A stretch of DNA of 64,000 bases, taken from assembly GCF_056712565.1 (NCBI RefSeq), contig NZ_CM160072.1; one strand, written 5' to 3'. Below the pieces are notes generated by a model. That model searched no databases. It saw only the letters and a list, made by a program, of their open reading frames with translations, and was not told the DNA's origin. Position numbers and translations under genes: made by a program. Shown one piece after another: positions 1 to 11,604 of this stretch (positions are counted from its first letter, which is position 1; every line of letters starts with the position of its first letter).

Positions 1-212
1 GACAGGCTGCTGAGAGATTCAGATGGCGTAAAGGTCCGTTCAGTTAACTGCGACATATTCATGAAATCAATGGTTATACATGACGTCGATTTAACCATTG
101 CGTATCTTAACCAAACATCAATAGTGTGATTATTAACGTAAATTTTAGGGTTTTGTTGATATTTCGTTGAAGTTAATGACCCGGATTGGCATATGGAGTA
201 TTCAGAATATTT

Positions 213-1328
213 ATGAAAAAGCGGAAAACCGTGAAGAAGCGTTACGTTATTGCGATGGTGATAGTCATCGCCGGGCTGATTACGTTATGGAGAATTCTTA
301 ACGCACCCGTGCCGACTTATCAGACGCTGATTGTGCGCCCCGGTGATTTACAGCAAAGCGTGCTGGCGACCGGAAAGCTGGACGCGCTGCGTAAGGTTGA
401 CGTGGGCGCGCAGGTCAGCGGTCAGTTGAAAACGCTGTCGGTGGCGATTGGCGATAAAGTAAAAAAAGACCAGCTTTTAGGGGTTATTGATCCTGAACAG
501 GCTGAAAACCAGATCAAGGAGGTGGAAGCAATGCTGATGGAGCTACGCGCGCAGCGGCAGCAGGCGGAAGCGGAGCTGAAACTGGCGCGGGTGACGTATT
601 CCCGTCAGCAACGTCTTGCACAAACGCAAGCGGTTTCACAGCAGGATCTCGATAACGCCGCGACGGAGATGGCTGTGAAACAGGCGCAAATTGGCACCAT
701 TGACGCGCAAATCAAGCGCAATCAGGCCTCTCTCGATACGGCTAAAACCAATCTCGATTACACCCGCATCGTTGCCCCGATGGCCGGGGAAGTCACGCAA
801 ATCACCACTCTGCAAGGCCAGACGGTGATTGCCGCACAACAAGCACCGAACATTCTGACGCTGGCAGATATGAGCACCATGCTGGTAAAAGCGCAGGTTT
901 CTGAAGCGGATGTAATCCACCTGAAGCCGGGGCAAAAAGCCTGGTTTACGGTGCTTGGCGATCCACTGACGCGCTACGAGGGGCAAATCAAGGATGTGCT
1001 ACCGACGCCGGAAAAGATTAACGACGCTATTTTCTATTACGCCCGTTTTGAAGTACCCAACCCCAATGGTTTACTGCGGCTGGATATGACCGCGCAAGTG
1101 CATATTCAGCTCACCGATGTGAAAAATGTGCTGACGATCCCTCTGTCGGCGTTAGGCGATCCGGTTGGCGATAATCGTTATAAAGTCAAATTGTTGCGTA
1201 ATGGTGAAACACGCGAGCGTGAAGTGACGATTGGCGCACGTAACGATACCGATGTTGAGATTGTCAAAGGGCTGGAAGCGGGCGATGAAGTGGTGATTGG
1301 TGAGGCCAAACCAGGAGCTGCGCAATGA
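213..1328 (+). CDS. macA: macrolide efflux periplasmic adaptor MacA (track ORF begins at TTG 186; ATG at 213 preferred)
   Basis: ORF 186..1328; from 213 the product starts [18 protein letters not shown], matching MacA as I recall it; 4-nt ATGA overlap with macB. Confidence 0.9.
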   Translation: MKKRKTVKKRYVIAMVIVIAGLITLWRILNAPVPTYQTLIVRPGDLQQSVLATGKLDALRKVDVGAQVSGQLKTLSVAIGDKVKKDQLLGVIDPEQAENQIKEVEAMLMELRAQRQQAEAELKLARVTYSRQQRLAQTQAVSQQDLDNAATEMAVKQAQIGTIDAQIKRNQASLDTAKTNLDYTRIVAPMAGEVTQITTLQGQTVIAAQQAPNILTLADMSTMLVKAQVSEADVIHLKPGQKAWFTVLGDPLTRYEGQIKDVLPTPEKINDAIFYYARFEVPNPNGLLRLDMTAQVHIQLTDVKNVLTIPLSALGDPVGDNRYKVKLLRNGETREREVTIGARNDTDVEIVKGLEAGDEVVIGEAKPGAAQ

Positions 1329-3271
1329 CACCCTTGCTCGAATTAAAGGATATTCGTCGCAGCTATCCTGCCGGTGATGAGCAGGTTGAGGTGCTGAAGG
1401 GCATCAGCCTCGATATTTATGCTGGTGAGATGGTGGCGATTGTCGGCGCTTCGGGTTCCGGTAAATCGACCCTGATGAATATTCTCGGCTGCCTGGATAA
1501 GGCCACCAGCGGCACCTATCGCGTAGCCGGTCAGGATGTTGCCACGCTGGACGCCGATGCGCTGGCGCAACTGCGCCGCGAGCATTTCGGCTTTATTTTC
1601 CAGCGTTACCATTTGCTTTCGCATTTAACCGCCGAGCAGAACGTTGAAGTACCCGCCGTCTATGCCGGTCTTGAGCGGAAACAGCGGCTGCTTCGCGCCC
1701 AGGAGTTACTGCAACGACTGGGGCTGGAAGACCGTACAGAGTATTACCCGGCACAGCTTTCGGGTGGCCAGCAACAGCGCGTCAGCATCGCGCGGGCATT
1801 GATGAACGGCGGTCAGGTAATTCTTGCCGATGAACCGACCGGCGCACTGGACAGCCATTCTGGCGAAGAGGTGATGGCGATCCTGCATCAGCTGCGCGAT
1901 CGCGGGCATACGGTGATTATCGTCACCCACGATCCGCAGGTTGCTGCTCAGGCCGAGCGGGTGATCGAAATTCGCGACGGCGAAATTGTGCGCAATCCTC
2001 CCGCCGTTGAAAAAGTGAATGCTACTGGCGGAACGGAACCTGTTGTCAACACGGCGTCTGGCTGGCGGCAGTTTGTCAGCGGTTTTAACGAGGCGCTGAC
2101 GATGGCATGGCGGGCGCTGGCAGCGAATAAAATGCGTACTTTACTGACCATGCTGGGGATTATTATCGGTATTGCGTCGGTGGTTTCCATTGTCGTGGTG
2201 GGCGACGCCGCTAAACAAATGGTGCTGGCGGATATTCGTTCTATTGGTACGAATACTATTGATGTCTATCCCGGGAAAGATTTTGGCGATGACGATCCGC
2301 AATATCAGCAGGCGCTGAAGTACGACGACTTAATCGCCATCCAAAAACAACCGTGGGTTGCCTCTGCCACGCCCGCCGTCTCGCAAAACCTGCGCCTGCG
2401 TTATAACAATGTTGATGTGGCTGCCAGTGCCAATGGCGTGAGCGGCGATTATTTTAATGTCTATGGCATGACCTTCAGTGAAGGGAACACCTTTAATCAG
2501 GAGCAGCTGAACGGTCGTGCGCAGGTCGTGGTTCTCGACAGTAATACTCGCCGCCAGCTTTTCCCCCATAAAGCAGATGTGGTTGGCGAGGTGATTCTGG
2601 TCGGCAATATGCCCGCCAGAGTCATTGGTGTGGCGGAAGAAAAACAGTCGATGTTTGGTAGCAGTAAAGTGCTGCGTGTCTGGCTGCCATACAGCACGAT
2701 GTCCGGGCGAGTTATGGGGCAGTCGTGGCTGAACTCCATTACTGTCAGGGTGAAAGAAGGCTTTGACAGCGCTGAGGCGGAACAGCAACTCACGCGTTTA
2801 CTTTCACTGCGCCACGGTAAGAAGGATTTCTTTACCTGGAACATGGATGGCGTCTTGAAAACCGTTGAAAAGACCACACGTACTTTACAACTGTTTCTGA
2901 CGCTGGTGGCGGTGATTTCGCTGGTGGTGGGCGGTATTGGTGTAATGAATATTATGCTGGTGTCAGTGACCGAGCGGACGCGGGAAATTGGCATTCGCAT
3001 GGCTGTAGGTGCGCGAGCAAGCGATGTTTTGCAACAGTTTTTGATCGAAGCCGTACTGGTTTGCCTGGTTGGTGGCGCGTTGGGAATAACACTGTCACTG
3101 TTAATTGCTTTCACCTTGCAGCTTTTCTTACCCGGCTGGGAGATTGGTTTTTCACCGTTAGCGCTGCTGCTGGCGTTTCTCTGCTCGACGGTCACCGGGA
3201 TTTTATTTGGCTGGTTACCCGCACGAAATGCGGCACGACTGGATCCAGTAGATGCTCTGGCACGAGAGTAA
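1325..3271 (+). CDS. macB: macrolide ABC transporter ATPase/permease MacB
   Basis: 648-aa ORF; Walker [13 protein letters not shown] signature LSGGQQQR, C-terminal FtsX-like permease domain. Confidence 0.93.
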   Translation: MTPLLELKDIRRSYPAGDEQVEVLKGISLDIYAGEMVAIVGASGSGKSTLMNILGCLDKATSGTYRVAGQDVATLDADALAQLRREHFGFIFQRYHLLSHLTAEQNVEVPAVYAGLERKQRLLRAQELLQRLGLEDRTEYYPAQLSGGQQQRVSIARALMNGGQVILADEPTGALDSHSGEEVMAILHQLRDRGHTVIIVTHDPQVAAQAERVIEIRDGEIVRNPPAVEKVNATGGTEPVVNTASGWRQFVSGFNEALTMAWRALAANKMRTLLTMLGIIIGIASVVSIVVVGDAAKQMVLADIRSIGTNTIDVYPGKDFGDDDPQYQQALKYDDLIAIQKQPWVASATPAVSQNLRLRYNNVDVAASANGVSGDYFNVYGMTFSEGNTFNQEQLNGRAQVVVLDSNTRRQLFPHKADVVGEVILVGNMPARVIGVAEEKQSMFGSSKVLRVWLPYSTMSGRVMGQSWLNSITVRVKEGFDSAEAEQQLTRLLSLRHGKKDFFTWNMDGVLKTVEKTTRTLQLFLTLVAVISLVVGGIGVMNIMLVSVTERTREIGIRMAVGARASDVLQQFLIEAVLVCLVGGALGITLSLLIAFTLQLFLPGWEIGFSPLALLLAFLCSTVTGILFGWLPARNAARLDPVDALARE

Positions 3272-3287
3272 TTTTTGAGATAAAAAT

Positions 3288-3311
3288 GCCAGCCGATCGG
3301 GCTGGCATTTT
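3288..3311. terminator. bidirectional rho-independent terminator between convergent macB and cspD
   Basis: perfect 7-bp stem GCCAGCC/GGCTGGC with loop GATCG, A-run upstream and T-run downstream. Confidence 0.6.
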
Positions 3312-3343
3312 GCCTTTAGGATGTACACAATGAGACAGAAGAG

Positions 3344-3568
3344 CTATGCGACTGCCGCTTCTACTTCGACGGGCACAATAACACTGGCGTGATTGCCTTT
3401 TGGCCCCTGGTGGACATCAAACTGAACGGATTGTCCAGCTTTTAGCGTTCTGTAACCATCCATCTGAATGGTGGAATAATGAGCGAAAATATCTTCGCCG
3501 CCGCCTTCAGGGCAGATGAAACCAAACCCTTTGGCATTGTTGAACCACTTAACAGTACCCTTTTCCAT
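3344..3568 (-). CDS. cspD: stationary-phase cold-shock-domain protein CspD
   Basis: track ORF 3344..3598; internal Met gives the 74-aa product MEKGTVKWFNNAKGFGFI (CSD fold). Confidence 0.9.
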   Translation of the reverse strand: MEKGTVKWFNNAKGFGFICPEGGGEDIFAHYSTIQMDGYRTLKAGQSVQFDVHQGPKGNHASVIVPVEVEAAVA

Positions 3569-3890
3569 GCTTCGACATCCTTCGCAAATCTTATACAAGT
3601 AAGATGGAATAAACCGGGGTCAGAGAGGGGGCTGTTCAAAACCTCGCCAACTCTAGAAATACAATTTAGAGAATTAGGGCGAGCCGTCAAGCATTTGACA
3701 GGGGCCAGGGGGCAGGTATGAATCAAAAATTTGAAGCAGTTAACGCTATTGACAGGAATGTGACAGATGTCGCTGATGCTAACGATAGATGATAGTTATC
3801 TATCATGTGGAGTAAATTGGTCAGGCAAATAAGCTCTTGTCAGCGGCAGGGCGTTCTGCCGATAACCGTAACCGAAGATGATAACTGACA

Positions 3891-4211
3891 ATGGGTAAAA
3901 CGAACGACTGGCTGGACTTTGATCAACTGGCGGAAGAAAAAGTTCGCGACGCGCTAAAACCGCCATCTATGTATAAAGTGATATTAGTCAATGATGATTA
4001 TACTCCGATGGAGTTTGTTATTGACGTGTTACAAAAATTCTTTTCTTATGATGTAGAACGTGCAACGCAATTGATGCTCGCTGTTCACTACCAGGGGAAG
4101 GCCATTTGCGGAGTCTTTACCGCTGAGGTTGCAGAAACCAAAGTGGCGATGGTGAACAAGTACGCGAGGGAGAATGAGCATCCATTGCTGTGTACGCTAG
4201 AAAAAGCCTGA
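3891..4211 (+). CDS. clpS: ClpA adaptor ClpS
   Basis: 106-aa [16 protein letters not shown]..., immediately upstream of clpA. Confidence 0.93.
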
Positions 4212-4241
4212 ATGCAGGCATAAAAATTGGGGGAGGTGCCT

Positions 4242-6518
4242 ATGCTCAATCAAGAACTGGAACTCAGTTTAAATATGGCTTTCGCCAGAGCGCGCGAGCA
4301 CCGTCATGAGTTTATGACCGTCGAGCACTTGTTACTGGCGCTGCTCAGTAACCCATCTGCCCGGGAGGCGCTGGAAGCGTGTTCTGTGGATTTGGTTGCG
4401 CTCCGTCAGGAACTGGAAGCCTTTATTGAACAAACCACACCCGTTCTGCCTGCCAGTGAAGAGGAGCGCGACACACAGCCGACGCTGAGTTTTCAGCGTG
4501 TACTGCAACGTGCGGTCTTCCATGTCCAGTCCTCCGGTCGCAATGAGGTTACCGGTGCAAACGTTCTGGTCGCTATCTTTAGCGAACAGGAGTCGCAGGC
4601 GGCATATCTGTTGCGCAAACATGAAGTCAGCCGTCTTGATGTGGTGAACTTTATCTCTCATGGCACGCGTAAAGACGAGCCGACACAGTCTTCTGATCCT
4701 GGCAGCCAGCCAAACAGCGAAGAACAAGCTGGTGGGGAGGAACGTATGGAGAATTTCACGACGAACCTGAATCAGCTTGCGCGAGTGGGCGGAATCGACC
4801 CACTGATTGGTCGTGAGAAGGAGCTGGAGCGTGCTATTCAGGTTCTCTGCCGTCGCCGTAAAAACAACCCGCTGCTGGTGGGGGAGTCTGGTGTCGGTAA
4901 AACCGCGATTGCGGAGGGGCTTGCATGGCGAATTGTTCAGGGCGATGTGCCGGAAGTGATGGCTGACTGTACGATTTACTCTCTCGATATCGGTTCTCTG
5001 TTAGCGGGCACAAAATATCGCGGCGACTTTGAAAAACGTTTTAAAGCGTTGCTCAAGCAGCTGGAGCAAGACACTAATAGCATCCTGTTTATTGATGAGA
5101 TCCACACCATTATCGGTGCGGGTGCAGCGTCTGGTGGCCAGGTCGATGCGGCTAACCTGATCAAACCGTTGCTCTCCAGCGGTAAAATCCGCGTAATTGG
5201 TTCGACAACCTATCAGGAGTTCAGCAACATTTTTGAGAAAGACCGTGCTCTGGCGCGTCGCTTCCAGAAAATTGATATTACTGAACCGTCAATCGAAGAA
5301 ACTGTTCAAATCATCAATGGCCTGAAACCGAAGTATGAAGCGCACCACGACGTGCGTTATACCGCAAAAGCGGTGCGTGCGGCGGTAGAGCTGGCGGTGA
5401 AATACATTAACGATCGTCATCTGCCGGATAAAGCGATTGATGTTATCGACGAAGCGGGCGCTCGCGCACGTCTGATGCCGGTAAGCAAACGCAAGAAAAC
5501 CGTTAATGTGGCGGATATTGAATCCGTGGTGGCCCGTATTGCACGCATTCCAGAGAAGAGTGTTTCTCAGAGTGACCGCGATACCCTGAAAAACCTCGGC
5601 GATCGCCTGAAAATGCTGGTCTTCGGTCAGGATAAAGCCATTGAGGCGCTGACTGAAGCCATTAAGATGGCGCGTGCAGGTTTAGGTCACGAACATAAAC
5701 CGGTCGGTTCGTTCCTGTTTGCCGGCCCTACTGGGGTCGGGAAAACAGAGGTGACGGTACAGCTTTCGAAAGCGTTGGGCATTGAGCTTCTGCGCTTTGA
5801 TATGTCCGAGTATATGGAACGCCATACCGTCAGCCGTCTGATTGGTGCGCCTCCGGGATACGTTGGTTTTGATCAGGGCGGTTTGCTGACTGATGCGGTC
5901 ATCAAGCATCCACATGCGGTGCTGCTGCTGGACGAAATCGAGAAAGCGCACCCGGACGTGTTCAACATCCTCTTGCAGGTGATGGACAACGGTACACTGA
6001 CCGATAACAACGGACGCAAAGCGGACTTCCGTAACGTGGTGCTGGTGATGACCACTAACGCGGGGGTACGTGAAACCGAGCGCAAATCCATTGGTCTTAT
6101 CCACCAGGATAACAGCACCGATGCGATGGAAGAGATCAAGAAGATCTTTACACCGGAATTCCGTAACCGTCTCGACAACATTATCTGGTTCGATCATCTG
6201 TCAACCGACGTGATCCATCAGGTGGTGGATAAATTCATCGTCGAGTTGCAGGTTCAGTTGGATCAGAAAGGTGTTTCTCTGGAAGTGAGCCAGGAAGCGC
6301 GTAACTGGCTGGCCGAGAAAGGTTACGACCGGGCAATGGGCGCACGTCCGATGGCGCGTGTCATCCAGGACAACCTGAAAAAACCGCTCGCCAACGAACT
6401 GCTGTTTGGTTCGCTGGTGGACGGCGGTCAGGTCACCGTCGCGCTGGATAAAGAGAAAAATGAGCTGACTTACGGATTCCAGAGTGCACAAAAGCACAAG
6501 GCGGAAGCAGCGCATTAA
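4242..6518 (+). CDS. clpA: ATP-dependent Clp protease ATP-binding subunit ClpA
   Basis: track ORF 4227..6518; ATG at 4242 gives [24 protein letters not shown]; two AAA+ modules ([16 protein letters not shown]). Confidence 0.93.
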   Translation: MLNQELELSLNMAFARAREHRHEFMTVEHLLLALLSNPSAREALEACSVDLVALRQELEAFIEQTTPVLPASEEERDTQPTLSFQRVLQRAVFHVQSSGRNEVTGANVLVAIFSEQESQAAYLLRKHEVSRLDVVNFISHGTRKDEPTQSSDPGSQPNSEEQAGGEERMENFTTNLNQLARVGGIDPLIGREKELERAIQVLCRRRKNNPLLVGESGVGKTAIAEGLAWRIVQGDVPEVMADCTIYSLDIGSLLAGTKYRGDFEKRFKALLKQLEQDTNSILFIDEIHTIIGAGAASGGQVDAANLIKPLLSSGKIRVIGSTTYQEFSNIFEKDRALARRFQKIDITEPSIEETVQIINGLKPKYEAHHDVRYTAKAVRAAVELAVKYINDRHLPDKAIDVIDEAGARARLMPVSKRKKTVNVADIESVVARIARIPEKSVSQSDRDTLKNLGDRLKMLVFGQDKAIEALTEAIKMARAGLGHEHKPVGSFLFAGPTGVGKTEVTVQLSKALGIELLRFDMSEYMERHTVSRLIGAPPGYVGFDQGGLLTDAVIKHPHAVLLLDEIEKAHPDVFNILLQVMDNGTLTDNNGRKADFRNVVLVMTTNAGVRETERKSIGLIHQDNSTDAMEEIKKIFTPEFRNRLDNIIWFDHLSTDVIHQVVDKFIVELQVQLDQKGVSLEVSQEARNWLAEKGYDRAMGARPMARVIQDNLKKPLANELLFGSLVDGGQVTVALDKEKNELTYGFQSAQKHKAEAAH

Positions 6519-6544
6519 TCTGATTGTCAGGTAGGTTGGTTAAG

Positions 6545-6580
6545 TCCGTGATCTCGTCAGGGGTTACGGACTTTTTATTT
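6545..6580 (+). terminator. probable clpA rho-independent terminator
   Basis: GTCCGT...ACGGAC stem followed by TTTTTATTT, 27 bp after the clpA stop. Confidence 0.5.
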
Positions 6581-6730
6581 ATGGGGGGAGGAGGTTCAGA
6601 CCCTTTTTTTAATGATGATGCTAAGTTATTGATAATTAGTGCTGCGGGTAGGTAAGGATAAAAAAGGGTGGCAGCAGGAGATTGAGATGGTTTTGCTTTA
6701 TTAACAACGGGCTAAACGTGTAGTATTTGA

Positions 6731-7058
6731 GTTCACTGCCGTACAGGCAGCTTAGAAATGACGCCATATGCAGATCATTGAGGCGAAACCGTTCACTGCC
6801 GTACAGGCAGCTTAGAAAACGTTCGCACCGGTCAGGGTACTGCGCAGCGTGTTCACTGCCGTACAGGCAGCTTAGAAAGAAACCAGAGCGCCCGCATAAA
6901 ACAGGCACAAGTTCACTGCCGTACAGGCAGCTTAGAAATGATGGCGCAGCAGTCCTCCCTCCTGCCGCCAGTTCACTGCCGTACAGGCAGCTTAGAAACT
7001 GAACGTTGAAGAGTGCGACCGTCTCTCCTTGTTCACTGCCGTACAGGCAGTATTCACA
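6731..7058 (+). CRISPR. type I-F CRISPR array upstream of cas1: 6 repeats, 5 spacers of 32 bp
   Basis: 28-bp repeat GTTCACTGCCGTACAGGCAGCTTAGAAA at 6731, 6791, 6851, 6911, 6971; terminal degenerate copy at 7031 (GTTCACTGCCGTACAGGCAGTATTCACA); exact 60-bp periodicity. Confidence 0.97.
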
Positions 7059-7230
7059 CTACGATAGTGTTAGACGTTTGGTCGTGCAATGACACTCTCA
7101 ACTTCAAACCATTAGCGTTAGCACGCAATAACAATCGTAATAATTGCGATGGAAATCAATTTTCAGCACATAAATCAATGCTGTACTAAGCCCAATACCT
7201 TCAAATATAAAATAATCACAGGATGTGTTT

Positions 7231-8214
7231 ATGTCTTCGAATTACCTTACGCCTTCCGATCTCAAAACCATTCTCCACTCCAAACGCGCCAATATTTATT
7301 ATCTGGAAAAATGCCGGGTACAGGTGAATGGTGGGCGGGTGGAGTATGTTACCAGCGAAGGTAAAGAGTCGTACTACTGGAATATCCCCATTGCGAATAC
7401 CACGGCGTTGATGCTGGGAATGGGAACTTCCGTTACCCAGGCGGCGATGCGTGAATTTGCTCATGCCGGGGTGATGGTAGGCTTTTGTGGTACGGATGGC
7501 ACGCCGCTGTATTCAGCAAATGAAGTGGATGTTGATGTCTCCTGGCTCAGCCCACAAAGTGAATATCGCCCTACAGAGTATCTCCAGCAGTGGGTTTCTT
7601 TCTGGTTTGTTGAAGACAAACGACTTGCTGCCGCGAAACGTTTTCAGTTAATCCGCCTGACACATATCGATAAGCACTGGTCCAGCTCGAAAATGCTGCG
7701 TGAACACGCATTTCAACCTGATGTTAATGCGCTGCATACCCTCCTGAATCGTACTTGTGAAGAAATAGACGCGGCAGAAAACCATACGCAGCTTATGCTC
7801 GTTGAGGCCAAATTGACTAAAGCGTTATACAAAATGGTCAGTCAAACCGTGGGGTATGGCGATTTCACTCGCGCAAAACGGGGCGGTGGTATCGATATGG
7901 CCAACCGCTTCCTCGATCAAGGGAATTATCTGGCTTATGGACTGGCAGCAGTGGCGGCGTGGGTAACAGGTATCCCGCACGGTTTAGCTGTAATGCATGG
8001 TAAGACACGTCGCGGCGGGCTTGTTTTTGACCTTGCCGATCTGATTAAAGATGCTCTTGTTATGCCGCAAGCATTTATTGCCGCAATGGCGGGAGAAGAT
8101 GCTCAGGAGTTTCGTCAACGCTGTGTTAATATCTTTCAACAAGCGGATGCGCTGGATGTCATGATCACCTCTCTGCAGGAAACGGCCCAGGCACTGGCTA
8201 AGGCTGACCAATGA
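7231..8214 (+). CDS. cas1: type I-F Cas1 integrase (track ORF begins at GTG 7225)
   Basis: 329-aa ORF; strong similarity to Pseudomonas/Yersinia I-F Cas1 as I recall it (KTILHSKRAN, LAYGLAA, HGKTRRGGLVFD). Confidence 0.9.
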   Translation: MSSNYLTPSDLKTILHSKRANIYYLEKCRVQVNGGRVEYVTSEGKESYYWNIPIANTTALMLGMGTSVTQAAMREFAHAGVMVGFCGTDGTPLYSANEVDVDVSWLSPQSEYRPTEYLQQWVSFWFVEDKRLAAAKRFQLIRLTHIDKHWSSSKMLREHAFQPDVNALHTLLNRTCEEIDAAENHTQLMLVEAKLTKALYKMVSQTVGYGDFTRAKRGGGIDMANRFLDQGNYLAYGLAAVAAWVTGIPHGLAVMHGKTRRGGLVFDLADLIKDALVMPQAFIAAMAGEDAQEFRQRCVNIFQQADALDVMITSLQETAQALAKADQ

Positions 8215-11200
8215 ATGTCCTAATTATCTCACGCTGTACGAAAAATGCTCGCGTGGAAAGCTGCCGTATTATTGATCAGTTTGCCGAACGCACTGGTGAC
8301 GCAGCATGGCAAACGGTGATTACTCTGGAAGGCGTTAATACACTCCGCCGTTTACTGCGCAAAACCGCCAGGCGAAATACCGCAGTGGCTTGTCACTGGC
8401 TGAAGAAGAATGGGCAAACGGAGCTGATGTGGATTGTCGGCAATATTCGTCGCTTTAATGCTCAAGGCCGCGTTCCCACAAATCGAACAACGCAAATCAG
8501 CCTGGTGAACAAAGAAGAAAATCGCTGGCAGTGCGCGGAAAGTATTGCACTGCTGGCGGCTATCGCTGGGCTATTTCATGATTTTGGTAAATCAGGACGC
8601 AGCTTTCAGCAAAGCCTGACTCAAAAGAATACCCGCAGTTATCAACCTTACCGACATGAATGGATTTCACTGCGGCTCTTTCAGACGTTTGTCGGTGAGC
8701 GGCCCGACGATGTGTGGCTGGCGAAGCTTGGCGAACTCACGGCAGATGATGAATCTGCGATTCTTGAGCGCCTGCAAAAAGACACTCCTCAATTTTCAAA
8801 TAGCCCGTTCAGTTCGCTGCAACCATTAGCCAAAACGGTAGGCTGGCTGATCCTTTCCCATCATCGAATGCCGGAGAATCTTTCTCCACAGTCGGAACAA
8901 TCATGTAAAGGGTGTGAAAGTTGGCTGGAGAAGCAACTTAATGCTGACTGGAATGCCGTTAACCACCGCAGAGATGACTGGTCACAACAGGATTTTGCGC
9001 ACGTCTGGCAGTTTCCATCAGGAACGCCGCTTCAAAGCGCGAGCTGGCGGGAAAAAGCGCGTCAGATAGCCCGCCGGGCAAGCAACGCGCTCGGTTTAAA
9101 GACATATGGGCAGATGGAACAGTTGTTCCCCTTACATATGGCGCGTTTTTGTCTGATGCTTGCCGATCATTACTATTCCTCAAGCGATGCGCAGCAAAAA
9201 TGGCAGGACCCGGATTATATCGTCTGGGCAAATAGCGATCGCCAAAGCGGCACGCTCAAACAACGGGTAGACGAACACCTTGTGGGCGTCGCGCATCATG
9301 CGTATCTGCTTGGGCGGCAACTGATGCACACACGGGCATCGCTTCCGGCAATTGCCCGACATAAAGGTTTTAGCCAGCGGGCTACAGATGTGAATTATCG
9401 CTGGCAAGATAAAGCCTGGGATGTGGCGCGAGCGTTACGTGAACGAAGTCGTGAAGAGGGATTTTTCGGCGTCAATATGGCCTCGACGGGGTGTGGTAAA
9501 ACCTTTGCGAACGCCCGCATTATGTATGCACTTGCCGACGAGCGAGAAGGGTGCCGCTTTACCGTTGCGCTGGGATTGCGCACGCTGACTTTACAAACCG
9601 GCGATGCTCTGCGCAGTCGGCTTGGGCTGGGTGAGGATGAGCTGGCGGTACTGATTGGTTCGGCGGCAGTTAATCAACTGTGGCAACAGGAAAAAATAGA
9701 CAATGATTGCGGAAGTGCTTCGCAAGAGTCGCCGGCAGAGGAGCAACAGTTCGTTAAGTACGAAGGCAGCCTGCATACCGGGGCGCTGGAAAAATGGTTG
9801 AAGGATGACAGCAAACTTAAGGAGTTAGTAAGCGCGCCGATTCTGGTCTCGACGATTGATCATCTTATTTCCGCGACCGAGGGCGTGCGAGGCGGGAAAC
9901 AGCTTCCGGCGATGTTGCGCCTGTTAACCAGCGATTTAGTGCTCGACGAACCTGATGACTTTGATATTGCTGATCTTCATGCGGTATGTCGATTGATGAA
10001 CTGGGCCGGGATGCTGGGAACGCGGGTATTACTTTCTTCCGCGACGTTACCGCCAGGTTTGATTCAGGCGCTGTTCGCGGCTTATCTTGCTGGGCGAAAA
10101 ATGTGGCAGGCGTCTTGTGGTATCAACGGCAGGCCTGTCAATATATGCTGCGCCTGGTTTGATGAAAAAGATGCTGATGCCACGCAAATTTACGACGGAC
10201 CTGGGTTTCGTGATGCTCATGCCAAATTTGTTGCACGACGAGCGGTAATGCTGGCTGAAAAAGAACGACTGCATTTCGGGCGTGTAGCTTCGGTTTCATC
10301 AGCATCAGGCGCGATACAAGATGTTACCGAAAGTGTGGCCCAGACGGTGCATACGCAAATGCTGAAGTTGCATCAGGCGCATCGCCAGCGACACGAAAGC
10401 GGTAAAACCGTTTCGCTGGGCCTGGTGCGCTTCGCGAATATCAATCCACTGGTTGCGGTGACCAAAGCCCTGATTGCCATTCCTTCACCAGAAGATGTCT
10501 GCATTCATTACTGTGTTTACCACTCCCGACATCCGCTGGCGGTGCGTTCAGATATTGAGAAGCGACTGGATCGCGCTTTTACTCGTCATAACGAACTCGA
10601 TTTCTGGAACAACGAAGATATCGCAGATGCCTTACATAACCGTCCGGAATCGCACCATCTGTTTGTGGTGTTGGGGACATCGGTTATAGAAGTGGGGCGT
10701 GACTGGGATGCGGACTGGGGAATTATCGAACCAAGCTCCATGCGTTCGATAATTCAATTTGCCGGACGTATTCAGCGCCACCGTAGAAATGTGCCGACCA
10801 GTGAGAATCTGGTTATTTTGCGTAGCAATATCAAATCATTGCAGAAAAAAGCCCCCGCATTTTGTAAGCCTGGTTTCGAAACAAAAGAACACTTGCTGAA
10901 TAGCCACGATATTTGCGAACTGATTCCGATCGCGGACTACCGGACGATTAACGCCTTGCCGCGGATCCTGTCTGCCAATAATGCCAACAAACTGGCGGAG
11001 CTAGAACATAGTCGTTTATCCGCCGAATTGATGAGCAGTAAAAGCAAACATGTGGTGGCGGCGCAATGGTGGCGTGCACCGCTAAGCTGGAACGGCTGGA
11101 TGCAGCGCCAGACGCCATTTCGTTATTCCCCTTTGCCGGAGGCGGTGTTTTTTCTGCATATGGATGATGAAGAAAGCGAAGCGCGTTTCTATTCCCGCAC

Positions 11201-11444
11201 GGGCGACAACGAGCGTAAAGCGCAAGGGAATTTCAGGCGAGAAGAGGTGAGATGCGCCAGCGGCGTCGCTTGCTGGGGCGTGATGGATTACCAACACGTT
11301 TTGTTGAATTTAGCTGATAAGCAAAGTTGTGAGATAGCAAACGTTGGGGAAAAGTTTGCGGAGGTGAGAGTACCCGTCAGTGAAGAAGATGCGGTCGATG
11401 ACTGGCGTTATCACCCCTGGTTAGGTGTGTTTCGCAACATGTGA
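8211..11444 (+). CDS. cas3: type I-F Cas2-Cas3 fusion (Cas2 domain, HD nuclease, SF2 helicase)
   Basis: 1077-aa ORF; N-terminal Cas2-like segment, HD motif (HDFGK), Walker A STGCGKT, DExD-like LDEPDDF; ATGA overlap with cas1. Confidence 0.9.
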   Translation: MNVLIISRCTKNARVESCRIIDQFAERTGDAAWQTVITLEGVNTLRRLLRKTARRNTAVACHWLKKNGQTELMWIVGNIRRFNAQGRVPTNRTTQISLVNKEENRWQCAESIALLAAIAGLFHDFGKSGRSFQQSLTQKNTRSYQPYRHEWISLRLFQTFVGERPDDVWLAKLGELTADDESAILERLQKDTPQFSNSPFSSLQPLAKTVGWLILSHHRMPENLSPQSEQSCKGCESWLEKQLNADWNAVNHRRDDWSQQDFAHVWQFPSGTPLQSASWREKARQIARRASNALGLKTYGQMEQLFPLHMARFCLMLADHYYSSSDAQQKWQDPDYIVWANSDRQSGTLKQRVDEHLVGVAHHAYLLGRQLMHTRASLPAIARHKGFSQRATDVNYRWQDKAWDVARALRERSREEGFFGVNMASTGCGKTFANARIMYALADEREGCRFTVALGLRTLTLQTGDALRSRLGLGEDELAVLIGSAAVNQLWQQEKIDNDCGSASQESPAEEQQFVKYEGSLHTGALEKWLKDDSKLKELVSAPILVSTIDHLISATEGVRGGKQLPAMLRLLTSDLVLDEPDDFDIADLHAVCRLMNWAGMLGTRVLLSSATLPPGLIQALFAAYLAGRKMWQASCGINGRPVNICCAWFDEKDADATQIYDGPGFRDAHAKFVARRAVMLAEKERLHFGRVASVSSASGAIQDVTESVAQTVHTQMLKLHQAHRQRHESGKTVSLGLVRFANINPLVAVTKALIAIPSPEDVCIHYCVYHSRHPLAVRSDIEKRLDRAFTRHNELDFWNNEDIADALHNRPESHHLFVVLGTSVIEVGRDWDADWGIIEPSSMRSIIQFAGRIQRHRRNVPTSENLVILRSNIKSLQKKAPAFCKPGFETKEHLLNSHDICELIPIADYRTINALPRILSANNANKLAELEHSRLSAELMSSKSKHVVAAQWWRAPLSWNGWMQRQTPFRYSPLPEAVFFLHMDDEESEARFYSRTGDNERKAQGNFRREEVRCASGVACWGVMDYQHVLLNLADKQSCEIANVGEKFAEVRVPVSEEDAVDDWRYHPWLGVFRNM

Positions 11445-11447
11445 TGG

Positions 11448-11528
11448 GGCGCGAGCTGCCTGTACGGCAGTTTACAAGTCCGTATCCGGAGATACCTCTA
11501 TTTCTAAGCTGCTCAAGGCAGTTTGGGT
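11448..11528 (-). ncRNA. candidate Cas-regulating crRNA-like RNA (CreA/CreR-like): degenerate repeat, 25-nt spacer-like segment, degenerate repeat
   Basis: minus strand reads acccaaactgccttgagcagCTTAGAAA / tagaggtatctccggatacggactt / gtaaaCTGCCGTACAGGCAGctcgcgcc; the 8-nt 5' handle and the Cas6f hairpin are conserved, the rest has decayed; possible sigma70 promoter on minus strand (-35 TTGCCA at 11552..11557, -10 TAACAT at 11529..11534). Confidence 0.55.
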
Positions 11529-11604
11529 ATGTTAGTGCTTCAACTATTGCGTGGCAAATATTAAGTTGCTTTAATATCACCTATGGTGATTACATGAGAT
11601 TTAA

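Noticed and set aside
1-185. PhoP box or other named regulator site upstream of macA
   Set aside because: I could not find a convincing direct-repeat match by eye; the region is AT-rich promoter-like sequence but no specific site can be supported.
636-3333. Numerous 60-230 aa ORFs on the opposite strand or alternate frames within macA and macB (for example 2497..3195 -)
   Set aside because: They are nested inside well-supported genes, lack start context, and are typical GC-rich alternate-frame artefacts.
6636-7002. Track ORFs 6636..6908 (-) and 6727..7002 (+) with repetitive peptides (SLPYRQLR...)
   Set aside because: They are translations of the CRISPR repeat-spacer array; the periodic peptide repeats come from the 28-bp repeat, not from a protein gene.
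11448-11528. Interpretation of the reverse-oriented degenerate repeats as an inert leftover of a decayed array
   Set aside because: Not fully excluded, but disfavoured: the conserved parts are exactly the 5' handle and the Cas6f hairpin needed to make one crRNA, and the spacer-like segment has a CC-PAM-flanked partner 100 bp away with mismatches only at the non-pairing positions 6 and 12.
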